Of a DNA stretch of 21,459 nucleotides, positions 19,199-21,459 are shown one piece after another. The stretch is from NCBI RefSeq assembly GCF_000143415.4, contig NW_003314337.1, positions 282,439 through 303,897 of the forward strand. Reading direction: 5' to 3'. Source of the stretch: Selaginella moellendorffii. Its lineage: Eukaryota > Plantae > Lycopodiophyta. A program made the position numbers and the translations under genes. Position 1 is the first letter of the stretch, and every line of letters begins with the position of its first letter. Below the pieces are notes generated by a model that saw only the letters and a program-made list of their open reading frames with translations, searched no databases and was not told where the DNA came from.

Positions 19199-19776
19199 TG
19201 TAAGCTCTTGAGTTTGGACTTCCCGGGAAGTCACCCAGCCCAGTACCATTCAAACCCAAGGACGCTAACCCTNNNNNNNNNNNNNNNNNNNNNNNNNNNN
19301 NNNNNNNNNNNNNNNNNNNNNNNNNNNNNNNNNNNNNNNNNNNNNNNNNNNNNNNNNNNNNNNNNNNNNNNNTTACAATCCACCATGCTTCCCTGCAAGT
19401 TCACGCCCTCGTGAACGGAAGCTGAGAGCCGCAGCTCTCCCGAGAGCCCCGCTCTCTTGACACCCTACCCCTCGGGTCGAGCCCAGTGGGAGCAAACTAG
19501 ACCAGCCAGATGTCAATCAACATGTGGTGTGATTCCCTTAGCCAACCAACAGAGTCGGACCTGAGACCTCTCTGATACCAAATGTAAGCTCCTGAGTTTG
19601 GACTTCCCGGGAGGTCACCCAGCCCAGTACTATTCAAACCCAAGGACGCTTAACCCCAAATATCCCAAAACCCTTAACCGATTGGAAAAGGGGGTGCACT
19701 CTTGTTCATGGGCCCTTTCCCTCTATATTTGAACCCCATGGATCGTCTCTTAAGTCATTCCCTTTGGTTGCTTACA
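19199..19776 (-). mobile_element. Cassandra TRIM, second copy, inverted
   Basis: 5' LTR 19583-19776; PBS (TCTGATACCA on +) ending at 19580; internal 19378-19582; 3' LTR 19199-19377 spanning an N gap; TSD CATAC at 19194-19198 and 19777-19781. Confidence 0.95.
19273..19372. other. Assembly gap (100 N) inside a Cassandra LTR; about 115 bp expected from the sister LTR
   Basis: N run; both flanks match the LTR and the TSDs match across the gap. Confidence 0.95.
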
Positions 19777-19858
19777 CATACTAGCTAATTCCTATATCTT
19801 TGCATTAGGATGTTAGTATGTTGAAATAGTGCTAGACTTTGTTTGACTTAGTTTTACA

Positions 19859-20144
19859 TGTTGGTCTTGATATTGGATGTTGAATGCTCTAGGATTGTTT
19901 TAATATCACTTTGTGCTTTTGTACCTTTGCTCATTAGGTTCAATGCTCAAAAGTTATTCTATGTTCTAATCACTTCACTCTTTAGTTATATGCTTGGAAA
20001 TTTAGCTTTACATCTTCCTTTAGCCCTAAAGCTCAAGTTTCGCTCCATTACCCTTGGCTTACATGTCCAGGGGTTACGTTCCATTTTGTGGTTATTTTAT
20101 AGTAAATCAGTATAGGGTAAAGAGTGAAAACCATATGTGCTACA
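19859..20144 (+). repeat. Old ~290-bp dispersed repeat, copy 2 (ends TGTGCTACA, LTR-like)
   Basis: Colinear with 17313-17616; similarity stops at TACA. Confidence 0.7.
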
Positions 20145-20796
20145 ATCACTTTTGCCAAAATTTTAGGTTAAGTGCATATCCCCACTTGTGAATGCTTGTA
20201 AAAGCTTTTATTTTACCATTGATATTGAGGAATTTATGTGTTCTTTTCAGAATGTAGACGTTTTTATTAATTTTCTAATCTAAAGTGTTGAGTTGTCAAT
20301 TAAGAAGGTTGAGTAATGTGAATCTTTTGCTTATATTATGGTGGCCAAAGTATTTTATAACAAGAAGTTCTATGTTTTCCAATATTTAAGCATATGTTTT
20401 TATTTTTTTCCCCATTTATGCATTGACAGCTACTGAAACATCCTATTATAATGCTTCTTTATTCACTTTTTATTTTTCCATAATTTTTCTTCCTCAATTT
20501 TTTTCACTTTCTCTTTTTTACTTTGAAGCTTCAAACTTTTTTTTCTTTAGAGGAGGGGCTAGAGGGGATGGACAAGAGTCTAGCTCCAATGATGGAGTGA
20601 GGACAAACAAATATAATAGTGGAGTGAGGACAAATAACATGGATTCTGAAATAAGGATAAGTATAGTAAGCCAAAGGGAACATTCTACCCTAATATAATA
20701 AAGTTTAACAGATGCAATAGTGGAATGAGGTTGAATATAGATAGTGGAATGAAGATAAGCATAGTCAATTTGAATGAAGCCAATACTTTAGAATGT

Positions 20797-21459
20797 TTTT
20801 CTTTTTCGAGGGAATAAGAAGAATATTAAGGATGAATGGAATGATTTTGACCTCCCATATGTAGTGTTGGATGAGGATGATAGTTATAAATTTAAATTAA
20901 TATAGGTATTAAATTTTAACCAAAAGGAAGATGCAAAAGTAAGTTTTATTTATGGTCATAAGTTTGAGTTAATAGTGGTCTTAGAGGATTGTCGATAGGA
21001 AGACTTAAAAATGGGATATATTATTTGTGGTAATGGTGTTTTATGGATTATAATGAATTTCAAAGTTTTTTGTTTTGGTTCAAAATTATAGCTTTAAGGT
21101 TGGTTAGAGCATTGGCAATTACATATAGAGTTGCAATTAATTTATCAAAATTCCTTAGCTAATTGATGTTGATTGTGGTTTTGTTTTTTCAAAGGGAATA
21201 AAAAGGATATTGAGGATGAATGGAATGATTTTGACCTCTTATATATATGGTGCTAGATGAGGATGAAAATTGTAAATCTAAGTTAATATAGTTTAAAATT
21301 TTGATTGAAGGGAAGATGTAAAGGTAAGTTTTGTTTAAATCTCAAAAAATCATCGACAGGAAGACTTAAAGATGAGGGAGGTTAAAGCTTTGGTAGCTAC
21401 ACCCGGAGTTATCATTAGTTTGCCAAGATTCCCTAGCTAACTGATGCTTGTGCCATGAC
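20797..21459 (+). repeat. Diverged tandem duplication, period about 384 bp (second unit has internal deletions and runs to the window end)
   Basis: GGATGAATGGAATGATTTTGACCTC at 20830 and 21214; shared GATGAGGATGA, GGAAGATG..GTAAGTTTT, AGGAAGACTTAAA, ATTCC.TAGCTAA.TGATG. Confidence 0.9.

Overview
Eukaryotic, repeat-dense window, most likely from a seed-free land plant (inferred from the 5S-like sequence); no intact protein-coding gene. It is a nest of LTR retroelements. (1) The non-coding internal region and 1.74-kb 3' LTR (5044-6780) of a large LTR element, inserted into the integrase of an older Ty3/gypsy; it carries a solo LTR of its own family (668-2466, TSD GCTAG), and both LTRs hold a CCGAG-core 11/12-mer plus hexamer array. 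(2) Two degenerate copies of one small-LTR (~176 bp) Ty3/gypsy family, head-to-head (6781-10483 minus, 10934-15436 plus), with different deletions. (3) A 162-bp solo LTR (13896-14057, TSD ATGAC). (4) Two Cassandra TRIMs with 5S-rRNA-derived LTR segments, tail-to-tail (18525-19133 TSD TTTAG; 19199-19776 TSD CATAC). The rest is AT-rich DNA with a microsatellite, a foldback, old duplications and weak exon candidates. Most notable: the 162-bp solo LTR looks like a 5S-less relative of the Cassandra LTR, and the large element shares the hairpin+PPT+LTR-start cassette with Cassandra. All alignments and identities were done by eye.
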